A DNA stretch of 64,000 nucleotides from Macrostomum hystrix (GCA_950097015.1 CATNEN010000002.1:3906001-3970000); one strand, 5' to 3'. Counted from the first letter of the stretch, positions 22,900-35,800 are shown. Notes: a model not told the origin generated them from the sequence alone. Made by a program: numbers and translations.

Positions 22900-24690
22900 T
22901 ATTTCTTAAACAGAGATTGGATTTCTTCAACAGGAATGGGATTTCTTCAACAGGAATGGGATTTCTTCAACAGGAATGGGATTTCTTCAACAGGAATGGG
23001 ATTTCTTCAACAGGAATGGGATTTCTTCAACAGAAATGGGATTTTTTAACAGGAATGAGATTTCTTCAACAGAAATGGGATTTTTTTAACAGAAATGGGA
23101 TTTGTTAAACAGGAATGGGATTTCTTAAACAGAAATTGGATTGCTTTAACAGAAATGGGATTTCTTTAACAAAAATAGGATTTCTTAAATAAGAATGGGA
23201 TTTCTTCAACAGGAATGGGATTTCTTCAACAGGAATGGGATTTCTTCAACAGGAATGGGATTTCTTCAATAGGAATGGGATTTCTTCAACAGGAATGGGA
23301 TTTCTTCAATAGGAATGGGATTTCTTAAATAAGAATGGGATTTCTTCAACAGGAATGGGATTTCTTCAACAGGAATGGGATTTCTTCAATAGGAATGGGA
23401 TTTCTTCAACAGGAATGGGATTTCTTCAACAGGAATGGGATTTCTTCAATAGGAATGGGATTTCTTCAACAGGAATGGGATTTCTTCAATAGGAATGGGA
23501 TTTCTTAAATAAGAATGGGATTTCTTCAACAGGAATGGGATTTCTTCAACAGGAATGGGATTTCTTCAATAGGAATGGGATTTCTTCAACAGGAATGGGA
23601 TTTCTTCAATAGGAATGGGATTCTTAAACAGAAATGGGATTTCTTCAACAGGAATGGGATTTCTTCAACAGGAATGGGATTTCTTCAACAGGAATGGGAT
23701 TTCTTCAATAGGAATGGGATTTCTTCAACAGGAATGGGATTTCTTCAATAGGAATGGGATTTCTTAAATAAGAATGGGATTTCTTCAACAGGAATGGGAT
23801 TTCTTCAACAGGAATGGGATTTCTTCAATAGGAATGGGATTTCTTCAACAGGAATGAGATTTCTTCAACAGAAATGGGATTTCTTCAACAGGAATGAGAT
23901 TTCTTCAACAGTAATGGGATTTTTTAACAGAAATGGGATTTCTTCAACAGGAATGGGATTTCTTCAACAGGAATGAGATTTCTTCAACAGAAATGGGATT
24001 TTTTAACAGGAATGAGATTTCTTCAACAGAAATGGGATTTCTTCAACGGGAATGGGTTTTTTTCAACAGAAATGGGATTTCTTCAACAGGAATGGGATTT
24101 CTTTAACAGAAATGGGATTTCTTCAACAGAAATGGGATTTCTTCAACAGGAATGGGATTTCTTCAACAGGAATGGGATTTCTTTAACAGAAATGGGATTT
24201 CTTCAACAGGAATGGGATTTCTTCAACAGAAATGAGATTTCTTCAACAGGGATGGGATTTCTTTAACAGAAATGGGATTTATAAACAGAAATCGGATTTC
24301 TTTAACAGGAATGGGATTTCTTAAACAGAAATGGGATTTCTTAAACAGAAATGGGATTTTTAAACAGAAATGGGATTTTTAAACAGAAATAGGATTTCTT
24401 CAACAGAAATGGGATTTCTTAAACAGAAATGGGATTTTTTAAACAGAAACGGGATTTTTAAACAGAAATGGGATTTTTAAACAGAAATGGGATTTCTTCA
24501 ACAGAAATGGGATTTCTTTAACAGAAATGGGATTTTTAAACAGAAATGGGATTTTTTCAACAGAATTGGGATTTCTGCAACAGGAATAGGATTTCTTTAA
24601 TAGAAATGGGATTTCTTCAACAGGAATGGGATTTCTTCAACAGGAATGGTATTTCTTTAACAGAAATGGAATTTATTAAACAGAAACTGT
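22900..24690 (+). repeat. 20-bp minisatellite array (about 1.8 kb) upstream of the Morgue-like gene
   Basis: ggatttcttcaacaggaatg units. Confidence 0.95.
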
Positions 24691-24881
24691 TTTTTGGAAA
24701 CGATACTTTGAAATAGAAATATGATTTGTTGAACTGACGTTTCAAGGAGACAAAGTTTATTGCTCAAGAACGAAGTTTAATACTAATAAATTTTGTATTT
24801 TTCAAACATATATTTCTTTCAGGTTGAAATCAACTGCAAGCTCAAACAACAGCCTTGTATTCAAATAGCGAAGTATAGAAA

Positions 24882-25160
24882 ATGCCCTGCGTCCATTGCA
24901 ACGGGTTCTACAGCGCCCTTGAGGATCAGCCGGTCTGTCCCGTGTGTCATTCCTTCCTGTACCAGTTCCAGTGCACCGCTCTGAAATGGGACGACGAGGA
25001 TGGCGACTCAGGCACTGAGGAAGAGGCCGCGGCCGCAGCCGCCGCAGCTCCCGGCCCTTCGTCAGGATCGGAGGAGGCTCGGCAAGAATTTCGCCAGCTG
25101 AGTCAAAAACAGCAGAAACAGATGATGCTGCAGCAGCAGCAGCCATTGCTAACTAGCAGT
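24882..25160 (+). CDS. morgue: Morgue-like exon 1 (zinc finger, acidic and poly-A/Q tracts)
   Basis: ATG to AGT|gtgagt. Confidence 0.75.
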
Positions 25161-27321
25161 GTGAGTGGCCTTGTCTGCTCAGCTGTCGAATGCCGAACAG
25201 TTCAAGAAAAGTTGGTGATTCCAGATTGAGCAGTGTGAGGACAGTTGGTGATTCCAGATTGAGCAGTGTGAGGACAGTTGGTGATCCCAGATTGAGCAGT
25301 GAGTACAGTTGGTGATCCCAGATTGAGCAGTGTGAGGACAGTTGGTGATCCCAGATTGAGCAGTGTGAGTACAGTTGGTGATCCCAGATTGAGCAGTGTG
25401 AGGACAGTTGGTGATCCCAGATTGAGCAGTGAGTACAGTTGGTGATCCCAGATTGAGCAGTGTGAGGACAGTTGGTGATCCCAGATTGAGCAGTGCGAGT
25501 ACAGTTGGTGATCCCAGATTGAGCAGTGTGAGGACAGTTGGTGATCCCAGATTGAGCAGTGTGAGCAGAGACAATACACAGCCTTCCTACTTCCAGGAGT
25601 CCGGCAGAGGCGCCAGCTTGGACTCGTTGCCCACCGAGCTCATCTTGGCTGTTCTGGCCCATTGTGACGACATGACGGTGTGGGCCCTACTAACCGTGGG
25701 CAATCGGCGCATTACTCAAATCATTGAGCGGGAGTTCTCAGACGCCTATTGGCAGCGGCAGCTCACTCACCGTTGGCCGCTGTTCTCTCTGCGGCGTCCT
25801 CTGAGCTCCTGGCGCTCACTCTACTCAGACCTGCTGCTCAGCGCTCCCTGCCTGGCCTGTCTGTCTAGCGGCCCGTCCAGTTGGGACGCCGACGAAGCGT
25901 CGTCATGGAGACAGCGTCGCTTGAGGCTGGAGTACCGCAGCCTGATGCAGGAGCCGCCCTACGGTGTGTCGGCCGTGCCAGTGCCTGTGGACAGCGGCAG
26001 ACTGTCCCAGTGGCAGGCTGTCATCTGCGGCCCGCCCGGCTCTCCATATGAGGGCGGCGCTTTCTTCCTGTCCCTGACTGTGCCGCACAGCTATCCGCTG
26101 CGACCGCCCCAGATTCGCTTCCTGACTAAGGTCTGTTAGAAATCCCATTTCTGTTAAGGAAATCCAATTTCTGTTAAAGAAATCCTATTTCTGTTAAATA
26201 ATCCCATTGCTGTTAAAAAAATCCCATTTGTAGTAAAAAATCCCTTTTTCTAGTAAAGAAATCTCATTTCTGGTCAAGAAATCTCATTTCTGGTCAAGAA
26301 ATCCCATTTCTGGTCAAGAAATCCCATTTCTGGTCAAGAAATCCCATTTCTGGTCAAGAAATCCCATTTCTGGTCAAGAAATCCCATTTCTGGTCAAGAA
26401 ATCCCATTTCTGGTCAAGAAATCCCATTTCTGGTCAAGAAATCCCATTTCTGGTCAAGAAATCCCATTTCTGTTAAAGAAATCCCATTTCTGATAAAGAA
26501 ATCCCATTTCTTGTAAAGAAATCCTATTTCTGTTAAATAATCCCATTGCTGTTAAAGAAATCCCATTTGTAGTAAAAATACCTTTTCTTGTAAAGAAATC
26601 TCATTTCCGGTCAAGAAATCCCATTTCCGGTCAAGAAATCCCATTTCTGGTCAAGAAATCCCATTTCTGGTCAAGAAATCCCATTTCTGGTCAAGAAATC
26701 CCATTTCTGTTAAAGAAATCCCATTTCTGATAAAGAAATCCCATTTCTTGTAAAGAAATCCTATTTCTGTTAAATAATCCCATTGCTGTTAAAGAAATCC
26801 CATTTGTAGTAAAAATACCTTTTCTTGTAAAGAAATCTCATTTCCGGTCAAGAAATCCCATTTCCGGTCAAGAAATCCCATTTCTGGTCAAGAAATCCCA
26901 TTTCTGGTAAATAAATCCCATTTCCATTGAAGAATCCCATTTCTGTGGAAGATGTAGCATATTTACAAATCCAATATTTTTCGCTAAGATTCCGTAATCC
27001 CACCTCCTGGTTCCCCACACTGAGCAGGTGTTCCACCCGAACGTGAGCAGGCACGGTGACGTTGGTCTGGACGCCATCCTGCCCACCAATTGGAGCCTGG
27101 CTCTCACCCTGGCCAAAGTGCTCGTGTGTGTTCAGAGCCTGCTCACTGATCCCTACACTCAGGTGAGCATGGAGCCGGCCATCGCTAAGCTGTGCCTGGA
27201 GAATCGGCCGGAGTTTGAGCGCACGGCCCGCCTTTGGACCTGGAAATATGCTATGCACGACTTTGTGAGGCCGGTCACTGAACAGTTGAGCAATCGGAAC
27301 AATTGCTACTCTGATCTGTGA
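24882..27321 (+). CDS. morgue: Morgue-like protein: N-terminal C4 zinc finger, F-box, and variant ubiquitin-conjugating (E2) domain with active-site Cys replaced by Gly
   Basis: Exons 24882-25160, 25597-26130, 27028-27321, all phase 0 GT-AG. CVHCNGFY..PVCPVCH; LDSLPTELILAVLAHCD (F-box); WQAVICGPPGSPYEGGAFFL..YPLRPPQIRFLTK|VFHPNVSRHGDVGLDAI (UBC, G at the catalytic C position). Confidence 0.85.
25195..25566. repeat. 35/33-bp minisatellite in Morgue-like intron 1
   Basis: cagttggtgatcccagattgagcagtgtgagga units. Confidence 0.92.
25597..26130 (+). CDS. morgue: Morgue-like exon 2 (F-box and N-half of UBC)
   Basis: ttccag|ESGRGASLDSLP...RFLTK|gtctgt. Confidence 0.88.
26136..26945 (-). repeat. 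20-bp minisatellite in Morgue-like intron 2, same family as 22900-24690 but inverted
   Basis: agaaatcccatttctgttaa is the reverse complement of ttaacagaaatgggatttct. Confidence 0.92.
27028..27321 (+). CDS. morgue: Morgue-like exon 3 (C-half of UBC)
   Basis: gagcag|VFHPNVSRHGDVGLDAI...ARLWTWKYAM..stop. Confidence 0.9.
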   Translation: MFHPNVSRHGDVGLDAILPTNWSLALTLAKVLVCVQSLLTDPYTQVSMEPAIAKLCLENRPEFERTARLWTWKYAMHDFVRPVTEQLSNRNNCYSDL

Positions 27322-28407
27322 ACTGCTGTTACTGGCGATTTCTAGTACCTGGCATTTCTTGTTAGACCCTCTACTATTGGCGATCATTAATCTCGTGAAT
27401 TGTGAACTGGTTGCATGAAGTCTGTCTTACCTTGCCTCACCTGAAGGGCTAACTACCTCACTGTGCCTAATCATATTATTATTGTTAACGTTTTTTGTTG
27501 TCTAATACGGATTCGTTTCTTAATAGGGTAGAAAATTTGTTGCCTAAAACGGCCCTTTTTAAGACCACTCAGAAATTGTATTACAAAACGGCCCTCTTTA
27601 GGACATTTAAAATTCCCTGCTTCTTAACAATTATCTACGTAGCTAAATTTATTTGTCTTTAATTGATTCCTTATTAAGGTATGAAATCTAATTCAAAGTA
27701 TAAGTAATCATTAGGTTGCATCGCTTTTTTATTTATTTTTGTACATATATTGTGTGCATTTGTGCTTGTACACCTGACTACGAATTGAATTCTATCAAGC
27801 TATTAAAGATAATAGATTAATAAATAATTCTAAAAGCTCTCTCTAGTATTAAATTTTGTATAAAAATTGATAAGTTGTTATAAGCAAACACTAATTTCAC
27901 CAATATTACATTATTTGCAATTTATCATTTCCATATTTGAAATGTTGCTCTGTTTTGAACAAATAGTTTGGTCATCTGCCATCCTTATTACAGCTTCTGT
28001 TTCTTTTATTTTGTTTATAACAAAAACTTGGTGAAAATGAAATAGAAATATCGATTTTCCTGATACCATAATTCTCAGTGATGAATAATAACATAACGAG
28101 AAAATTCTCCCAGCCAAAAATTGGAATACATATCGGTTATTTTAGTGTAGCGTCTGAATCTTTAATTAAGTGAAATCGGAAGTTCAAGGCTAAAAGTTCA
28201 AGAAGTTAAAAAATTATCATTTCACAAAAGTGTCAAATACGCTTTCATGCACTTTTCATATAAGAGCTATATGACATTTTATTTGAGTACTTGAAGGAGT
28301 TGCTCTCTTTGTTACATTTGACTTGAAAATTTTCAACATGTACACGTAGTTCAGGGTCGGTTAACTCCAGCAGCATAACTGCTCACACCATCTTATCTGA
28401 TCTCTGC

Positions 28408-30150
28408 CATGTCTCATCTCTCCCGTGTCTCATCTCTACCGTGTCTCGTCTTTCCCGTGTCTCATCTCTACCGTGTCTCGTCTTTCCCGTGTCTCATCTC
28501 TACCGTGTCTCGTCTTTCCCGTGTCTCATCTCTCCCGTGTCTCGTCTTTCCCGTGTCTCATCTCTACCGTGTCTCAGCTCTCCCGTGTCTCATCTCTCCT
28601 GTGTCTCATCTCTCCTGTGTCTCAGCTCTCCTGTGTCTCATCTTTCCCGTGTCTCATCTCTCCCGTGTCTCAGCTCTCCTGTGTCTCTGCCCTCCCGTGT
28701 CTCATCTCTCCTGTGTCTCATCTCTCCTGTGTCTCATCTCTCCCGTGTCTCATCTCTCCCGTGTCTCATCTCTCCCGTGTCTCATCTCTCCCGTGTTTCA
28801 TCTCTCCTGTGTCTCATCTCTCCTGTGTCTCAGCTCTCCTGTGTCTCATCTCTATGTGTCTCATCTCTCCTGTGTCTCATCTCTCCTGTGTCTCAGCTCT
28901 CCCGTGTCTCATCTCTCCTGTGTCTCATCTCTCCAGTGTTTCATCTCTCCCGTGTCTCATCTCTCTCGTGTTTTATCTCTCCCGTGTTTTATCTCTCCTG
29001 TGTCTCATCTCTCCCGTGTCTCGTCTTTCCCGTGTCTCATCTCTCCCGTGTCTCATCTCTCCCGTGTCTCATCTTTCCCGTGTCTCATCTCTCCCGTGTC
29101 TCATCTCTCCCGTGTCTCATCTCTCCCGTGTCTCATCTCTCCCGTGTCTCATCTCTCCCGTGTCTCATCTCTCCTGTGTCTCAGCTCTCCTGTGTCTCAT
29201 CTCTCCCGTGTCTCATCTCTTCCATGTCTCATCTCTCCTGTGTCTCATCTCTCCTGTGTCTCATCTTTCCCGTGTCTCATCTCTCCTGTGTCTCATCTCT
29301 CCTGTGTCTCAGCTCTCCTGTGTTTCATCTCTCCCGTGTCTCATCTCTCCCGTGTCTCAGCTCTCCTGTGTCTCAGCTCTCCCGTGTCTCATCTCTCCTG
29401 TGTCTCATCTCTCCTGTGTCTCATCTCTCCTGTGTCTCAGCTCTCCTGTGTCTCAGCTCTCCTGTGTCTCAGCTCTCCTGTGTCTCAGCTCTCCTGTGTC
29501 TCATCTCTCCTGTGTCTCAGCTCTCCCGTGTCTCATCTCTCCTGTGTCTCAGCTCTCCCGTGTCTCATCTCTCCTGTGTCTCATCTCTCCTGTGTCTCAT
29601 CTCTCCTGTGTCTCAGCTCTCCTGTGTCTCAGCTCTCCTGTGTCTCAGCTCTCCTGTGTCTCAGCTCTCCTGTGTCTCATCTCTCCTGTGTCTCAGCTCT
29701 CCCGTGTCTCATCTCTCCTGTGTCTCAGCTCTCCCGTGTCTCATCTCTCCTGTGTCTCATCTCTCCTGTGTCTCATCTCTCCTGTGTCTCAGCTCTCCTG
29801 TGTCTCAGCTCTCCTGTGTCTCATCTCTCCTGTGTCTCATCTCTCCCGTGTCTCATCTCTTCCATGTCTCATCTCTCTTGTGTCTCATCTCTCCTGTGTC
29901 TCATCTCTCCCGTGTCTCATCTCTCCTGTGTCTCAGCTCTCCTGTGTCTCAGCTCTCCTGTGTCTCATCTCTCCCGTGTCTCAGCTCTCCCGTGTCTCAT
30001 CTCTCCTGTGTCTCAGCTCTCCCGTGTCTCATCTCTCCTGTGTCTCATCTCTCCTGTGTCTCATCTCTCCTGTGTCTCAGCTCTCCTGTGTCTCAGCTCT
30101 CCTGTGTCTCAGCTCTCCTGTGTCTCAGCTCTCCTGTGTCTCATCTCTAT
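28408..30150 (+). repeat. 16-bp minisatellite array (about 1.75 kb); the three long ORFs here are artefacts
   Basis: cgtgtctcatctctcc units; a related inverted array lies at 47780-48300. Confidence 0.95.
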
Positions 30151-30730
30151 GTGTCAAGTGTGTTTCGGCTCTGGCAGTGAAATGCCAATACCAAATCGTC
30201 TATCAGCAGGTCAAACCACCCACCCGAGTTTCTGCTTTCACTCACTTTCTCACTGGCCTGCCCTGTCTACTTACCTGTTGTTTAAATTTGCTCAATATTC
30301 TCTCTCTACTTGTCTTACTCTGTTTCTCTAGTCCTTATGAAATTACTTCCATGCAAAAAAGTTAACGGTAAAATAAATTGTACGGCAGAGAATTATTAGA
30401 GCAAAGTGAGTTGGCATTCCATCTGTTGAGTTTGAGTCGCGTGTGTGTGTGTGTGTGTAGGTAATCAGAGCATGTTTTATCTAAACGTATTTTTTCTTTC
30501 TTTATGCTCTAATTTTAGGAGGCTGCACCGGGGGGTGGGGTCGCAGCAACTGCTTGGGTTTTGGAGTGCAGTCTTCAAACAGTCGGGCTGATTGTGCTTA
30601 AATATTCTCGCAGCGAAAAGGTGAGCAGCAGTGTTTAGTGTTTGAGAAGTCCTCCTAAATGTATAGATCCTGCTCATTCTGCTCAACTTAGGCCATTGTC
30701 GAATCAGGTGGACCGCCTTCAGGCCTCACA

Positions 30731-30788
30731 ATGTCATCAGCGCAGCAACTTAGCAGTGCCAATAGGCGATTAAGCTTGAAGACTGCTA

Positions 30789-30820
<32 letters not shown>

Positions 30821-30896
30821 GGAAATCATAACAATAGTTCAACAGTTGCTGGCAAATCTGCCATCACTAGGGATGGCCTGCGGAACACTCTCAGGG
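30731..30896 (+). CDS. Candidate alternative first coding exon A of the nesprin-like gene
   Basis: MSSAQQLSS...DGLRNTLR then G|gtaagt (phase 1), compatible with acceptor 46022 giving [11 protein letters not shown]. Confidence 0.55.
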
Positions 30897-31109
30897 GTAA
30901 GTGGTGTGCAACAATTTTTTATGTACAAGTGACACAATGTGTCACTTGTGTTTTCATTTAACGGCTTCCAATGCGCGGACAACCCTTTGGTGTTTTGGTA
31001 GCTTTAATGAGACTTTGGATTTTCAATTAAATATCTTCAGTTTTAAGTTTAAGTTAATTAAGGTTTGTTTGTGCGATTTTGGTCCAAGAAATATAAAGTG
31101 ATTTTAAAT

Positions 31110-31738
31110 TTGATTTAGGTTTTAGATAGGTGATTTAGGTTTTAGATTAGCGATTCAGGTTTAGAAGTGTGGTTTAGGTTTTAGATTGGCGATTTAGGTT
31201 TTAGAAGTGTGGTTTAGGTTTTAGATTGGCGATTTAGGTTTTAGAAGTGTGGTTTAGGTTTTAGATTGGCGATTTAGGTTTTAGAAGTGTGGTTTAGGTT
31301 TTAGATTGGCGATTTAGGTTTTAGAAGTGTGTTTTAGGTTTTAGATTGGCGATTTAGGTTTTAGAAGTGTGGTTTAGGTTTTAGATTGGCGATTTATGTT
31401 TTAGAAGTGTGGTTTAGGTTTTAGATTGGCGATTTAGGTTTTAAATTGGCGATTTAGGTTTTAGAAGTGTGGTTTAGGTTTTAGATTGGCGATTTAGGTT
31501 TTAGAAGTGTGGTTTAGGTTTTAGATTGGCGATTTAGGTTTTAAATTGGTGATTTAGGTTTTAGAAGTGTGGTTTAGGTTTTAGATTGGCGATTCAGGTT
31601 TTAGAAGTGTGGTTTAGGTTTTAGATTGGCGATTTAGGTTTTAGAAGTGTGGGTTAGGTTTTTGATTGGTGATTCAGGTTTTAGAAGTGTGGTTTAGGTT
31701 TTAGAAGTGTGGTTTAGGTTTTAGATTGGTGATTTGGG
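31110..31738. repeat. 20+20-bp TTTAGG-rich minisatellite
   Basis: ggtttaggttttagattggc / gatttaggttttagaagtgt alternating. Confidence 0.9.
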
Positions 31739-33273
31739 CGAACGAGTTTGACGCCAGTATTTGCCAATAAAACAAAGACCTTTCTATTCTTTCCAGGGAG
31801 GAATATCATTCCGGCTTAGTCACTGCTCAAAACGCAATGAGTTTCCTGACCCTTCCTGACCCTCGCCAGACCCAGCAAACGAATGTCCCATTGGTTCAGT
31901 AGATCCGAAATTCTCTATTGCCAATATCAGACAAAGAAGAATTTGGATAGGGTTTTTATAATTTTTTTAGCCACTCAAGACTAGAGTAGCTATAGCTAGT
32001 AGGCCTATTTAGCAAGCGACAGCAGAGAATATGATGACTCAGGTAATCCAGAATGTTACGGAACACACTAAATTTAATATAGTTGTACATGTTTAAACTA
32101 GCAATGGTAAGTACTGTAGCAAATTTACTGATAACAGATAAGAAAAAATAATGCTAGATAAAGTTATAATGGTAGATATAGAAGGCCAGATGCAATTCAG
32201 ACCATTCTCTCGCGTTACATGTATGCAGCAAATATCGGTTTTTAAGTCTGTTATTTATTTGCATTTAGCCTAGAATATTTTTGGCATCGACTCCTTAGTG
32301 TATGTACATTCATCAGTAATGTACATTTAGTGTGGGCCCAGACGGGCGTTCCTTGGCGCACCTACCCCACGCCTCCGATTTTTGGGGTCTGAAAACGCCC
32401 CTCCTACTTTTCTTTATAGAGTAAAAAAACGACAAAACAACGATAGATAGAGAGTTGGGTGGGGTATGGTGTGGTTCCCTTTCCTCAAATAGCTGCCCCC
32501 CCAACCAATAATGAAGTGAGTGTCACAGTCGTATAGTTTTGTTGCTTCGATCTGGGTGTGTTGGGTTTCACACTGCGGGGAGTGGGGTGGGTAATTGGGC
32601 TGCGCTTGTCCTTGACTGAACTGAACTTGAGAAACGCTGCATATATAGAACTACTTCCCAGTTGGCACTCATTCTTGTAAATTGTAACTTTGCCCAGAAG
32701 CTGTACTTACTAGATAATTGAATTAAATCACAATGAGAGAAGGCTCAATTTGAACTCTCGAACTAGACAGACAGGAAATAAATCTGCTTTGCATTTCGGA
32801 TCTGGACTGCTCATTCTCTAATTTTATAAAGAGTTCTTTATTTTAGTTTAGTGCGCATTTTTCTATACCTTGACTCCTTTTCCGCCTGTTATTAACTGGA
32901 AGTAGCTATTATTGATAGGCTTATTTCATCCTCTGCGAAGTTATGCATAATTCTAGTTGCGCATTTTTCTGAAGCGCACCTATACGATTTCTCCTGCCTG
33001 GACTGCACTGTGTTTTTCTTACTGAGAGCTATAAAAAACGCGGCTCTGGTCTGTGTTCCGCTTCACCAGTCCACTTCTGACTTCCGAGGTCGACGATAAT
33101 TAGTGTTAGCAATCAGGTGGCCATGCTGATCTGACTTCAATTATATATAACTAGTTGTTAACAAAGCTTCGCGATAAACGGACTATGAGCATATCGGTGG
33201 CCTATCATCGTCTTAGAGGTGAGTTCAACTTGAGTATAATACCAATAATCAATTGCATTTCCAATCATATTAA

Positions 33274-33827
33274 CAGTGGAATTACCAACGGGGGAATTTT
33301 CCTACCCCTGACAATCTTTTTGTGCTGCACCCGAACGGAGCAACGCAAGCACAAGAAACTCAAGAACACGGGCCAACTTTCTGTTGCGCATCTTCTGAAG
33401 CAATAATCATGTCGCCAGCTCTTCAGACCGTCGAGATATTCCATGGTTCTGGCCGAAGGTCAGATTTTTCCCATAAGCGCTAGTTGTATTTCATGCACCC
33501 CTATACACGAATTAGCACTGCGCCTCAGTGCGGCCTTGCCAGGCCTTCAAAATTAATCAGCATGTCACCCGAATGTGCTTGCATCATCTCCGTCTTCGGT
33601 GGTCACCTACCTTTATTTAGACGCAGCTGCTCGACCTTCAAGGGCTACAACAGGGGGAAATAGGCCACTATGGACACCCTGACGCGAATTTCTCCGATTT
33701 CACTGCTTAAGCCAAAATATTTGGCGTAGCTCAACCACAGGACACCATCGTCTAGTCTGTCAACCAACCAGTCTCCACCCAACGCTGTTACCACCCTCTT
33801 GGTATAAAATTGGGCGGCATACTCCTG
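33274..33827. mobile_element. TTAA-flanked non-autonomous DNA element, copy 1 (right TIR eroded)
   Basis: ttaa|cagtggaattaccaa ... ctg|ttaa; body strongly similar to 60713-61241. Confidence 0.75.
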
Positions 33828-34429
33828 TTAATTAGCTATTTTAGATATTGTGCTTTCTTTAAAGACTAATGAAAGTAGTATGTTGTGAATTCTGCTAAAT
33901 ACGAGTAATTTTTTTTCATTTCTAATAATCAACTAAATACTGCGTACTAAGGTGTTCTCAACCCAGAAATAGAAAATTCGAGATAGGGATCAGAACTCCG
34001 GATGGGATAAAAATGCTTTATTTGCAGGGTTTAAAAGCAATTTCCACATGGTCCTACTGAGTCTGTGCTCAACATAGTCTCATCGAGTCATCTCTAGACA
34101 TTGTAGTCAGAAATTCCATCTGTTCTCAGTTCCCATGCGCTGCTGAGCTGTGCTCATATTCCTATTCTAGCGAGGCCATACTAAAATGCATGAAACATCT
34201 CGAATTCCTAATCCCCAGTCACACCCTATCATTGTTACTCAACCCGTAAACATTTCTCTTTATTTCCCCCAGTGTCACTGTTCTCAGGTGAGCTGTTTGC
34301 ATGGCTGCACCTTAGCAACCTGCCAAGCTAATGGCACACAGACTCAGGGAAATAGATCGCTTTTACTCATTAGAGAAATGACTGTAATTCCGTTTAACTG
34401 CTTCTTTAACGGGTTTTAGTTTTACCCAG

Positions 34430-34885
34430 GCCAAACATTCAGGCTGTTACCCTATTCCTTCAGACTGTTATCCTATTCCTTCAGGCTGTTATCCTATTCC
34501 TTCAGGCTATTACCCCATTCCTTCAGGCTGTTGCCCAATTCCTTCAAGTCATTGTACCCGATTCCTTCATAGTTTTTTAGTACATCTTCAGGCCATTACA
34601 AGATTCCTTCAGGCCATTACCCGATTCCCTCAGGCCATTACCCGATTCCCTCAGGCTATTACCCGATTCCCTCAGGCCATTGCCAGATTCCTTCAGGCCC
34701 TTTACCCGATTCCCTCAGGCCATTACCCGATTCCCTCAGGCCATTACCCGATTCCCTCAGGCCATTACCCGATTCCCTCAGGCCATTACCCGATTCCCTC
34801 AGGCCATTACCCGATTCCCTCAGGCCATTACCCGATTCCCTCAGGCCATTACCCGATTCCCTCAGGCCATTACCCGATTCCTTCA
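34430..34885. repeat. 21-bp minisatellite
   Basis: cccgattccctcaggccatta units. Confidence 0.9.
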
Positions 34886-35599
34886 ATATTTTCTCCATGC
34901 TTTTAACCTATTCTCTGTCAGGCTCTTATTCTACTTCATAAGGGATTTTCTTCAGGCTGTTAGGTACACTTTGAGTTCTAGTTCTCTAGCTACGCACATA
35001 TTAGCAAGTGTTGCCTTGCAGTAAAATTCTCATCAATGTAGTTGTAACTGCACCGTTTTTCGCATCTTGCAAGTCTTGCTACAACTCACATTGAAGCTCA
35101 AAGTGAAAGCCTAACTCCCACTGTTTGACTGTTTGTGTTTTTACTATCTAGCTATTTAAAACCGTTTAGACCTTATGCAGCTAGAGCTAGGTTTATTTAA
35201 TTAAAAAGATCTGCTAATTGTGCTGTTCAACACTTCACGTACTGCAATCTTCAGTGCATTCTATTCTGAACAATACTTTCACTGGCCTACATGACATTCC
35301 ATCTGCTGTGACTGGGTGTTCTGTTGAGCTCAGCAGCTGCAGTTTCTTGACTGACAGATCACATACTGTTTTATATGACGACAAACTGAATATTTATTAG
35401 ATTTTCTTGCCCTAAATGAAAGCTAAGTAATACAATTGTCTAAGTTGCTATGTTTAACACGTCTGAGGTGTCTCAGCAATGCGACAGAATGGAATAGAAC
35501 AGATATGACACTTAGCCTAGCTGGTCCAGATACACAGCTAGTGTCACAGCCGTAGCCGCAGCGCTTCCAAAGGCCGTGTACAGCTGTTCAGTCCGTGGG

Positions 35600-35800
35600 A
35601 TCGAATGTGGGATCCTAGGATATGGGATCATAGGATATGGAATCCTAGGATATGGGATCCTAGGATATGGGATCCTAGGATATGGGATCCTAGGATATGG
35701 GATCCTAGGATATGGGATCCTAGGATATGGGATCCTAGGATATGGAATCCTAGGCTATGGGATAATATGATATGGGATCATACTATATAGGATATGTACT
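35600..35800 (+). repeat. 15-bp minisatellite, array 1
   Basis: gggatcctaggatat units containing the palindrome atcctaggat. Confidence 0.92.

Noticed and set aside
28409-30365. Three ORFs of 579-646 aa
   Set aside because: All three frames are open only because the 16-bp unit lacks stops; no domain content.
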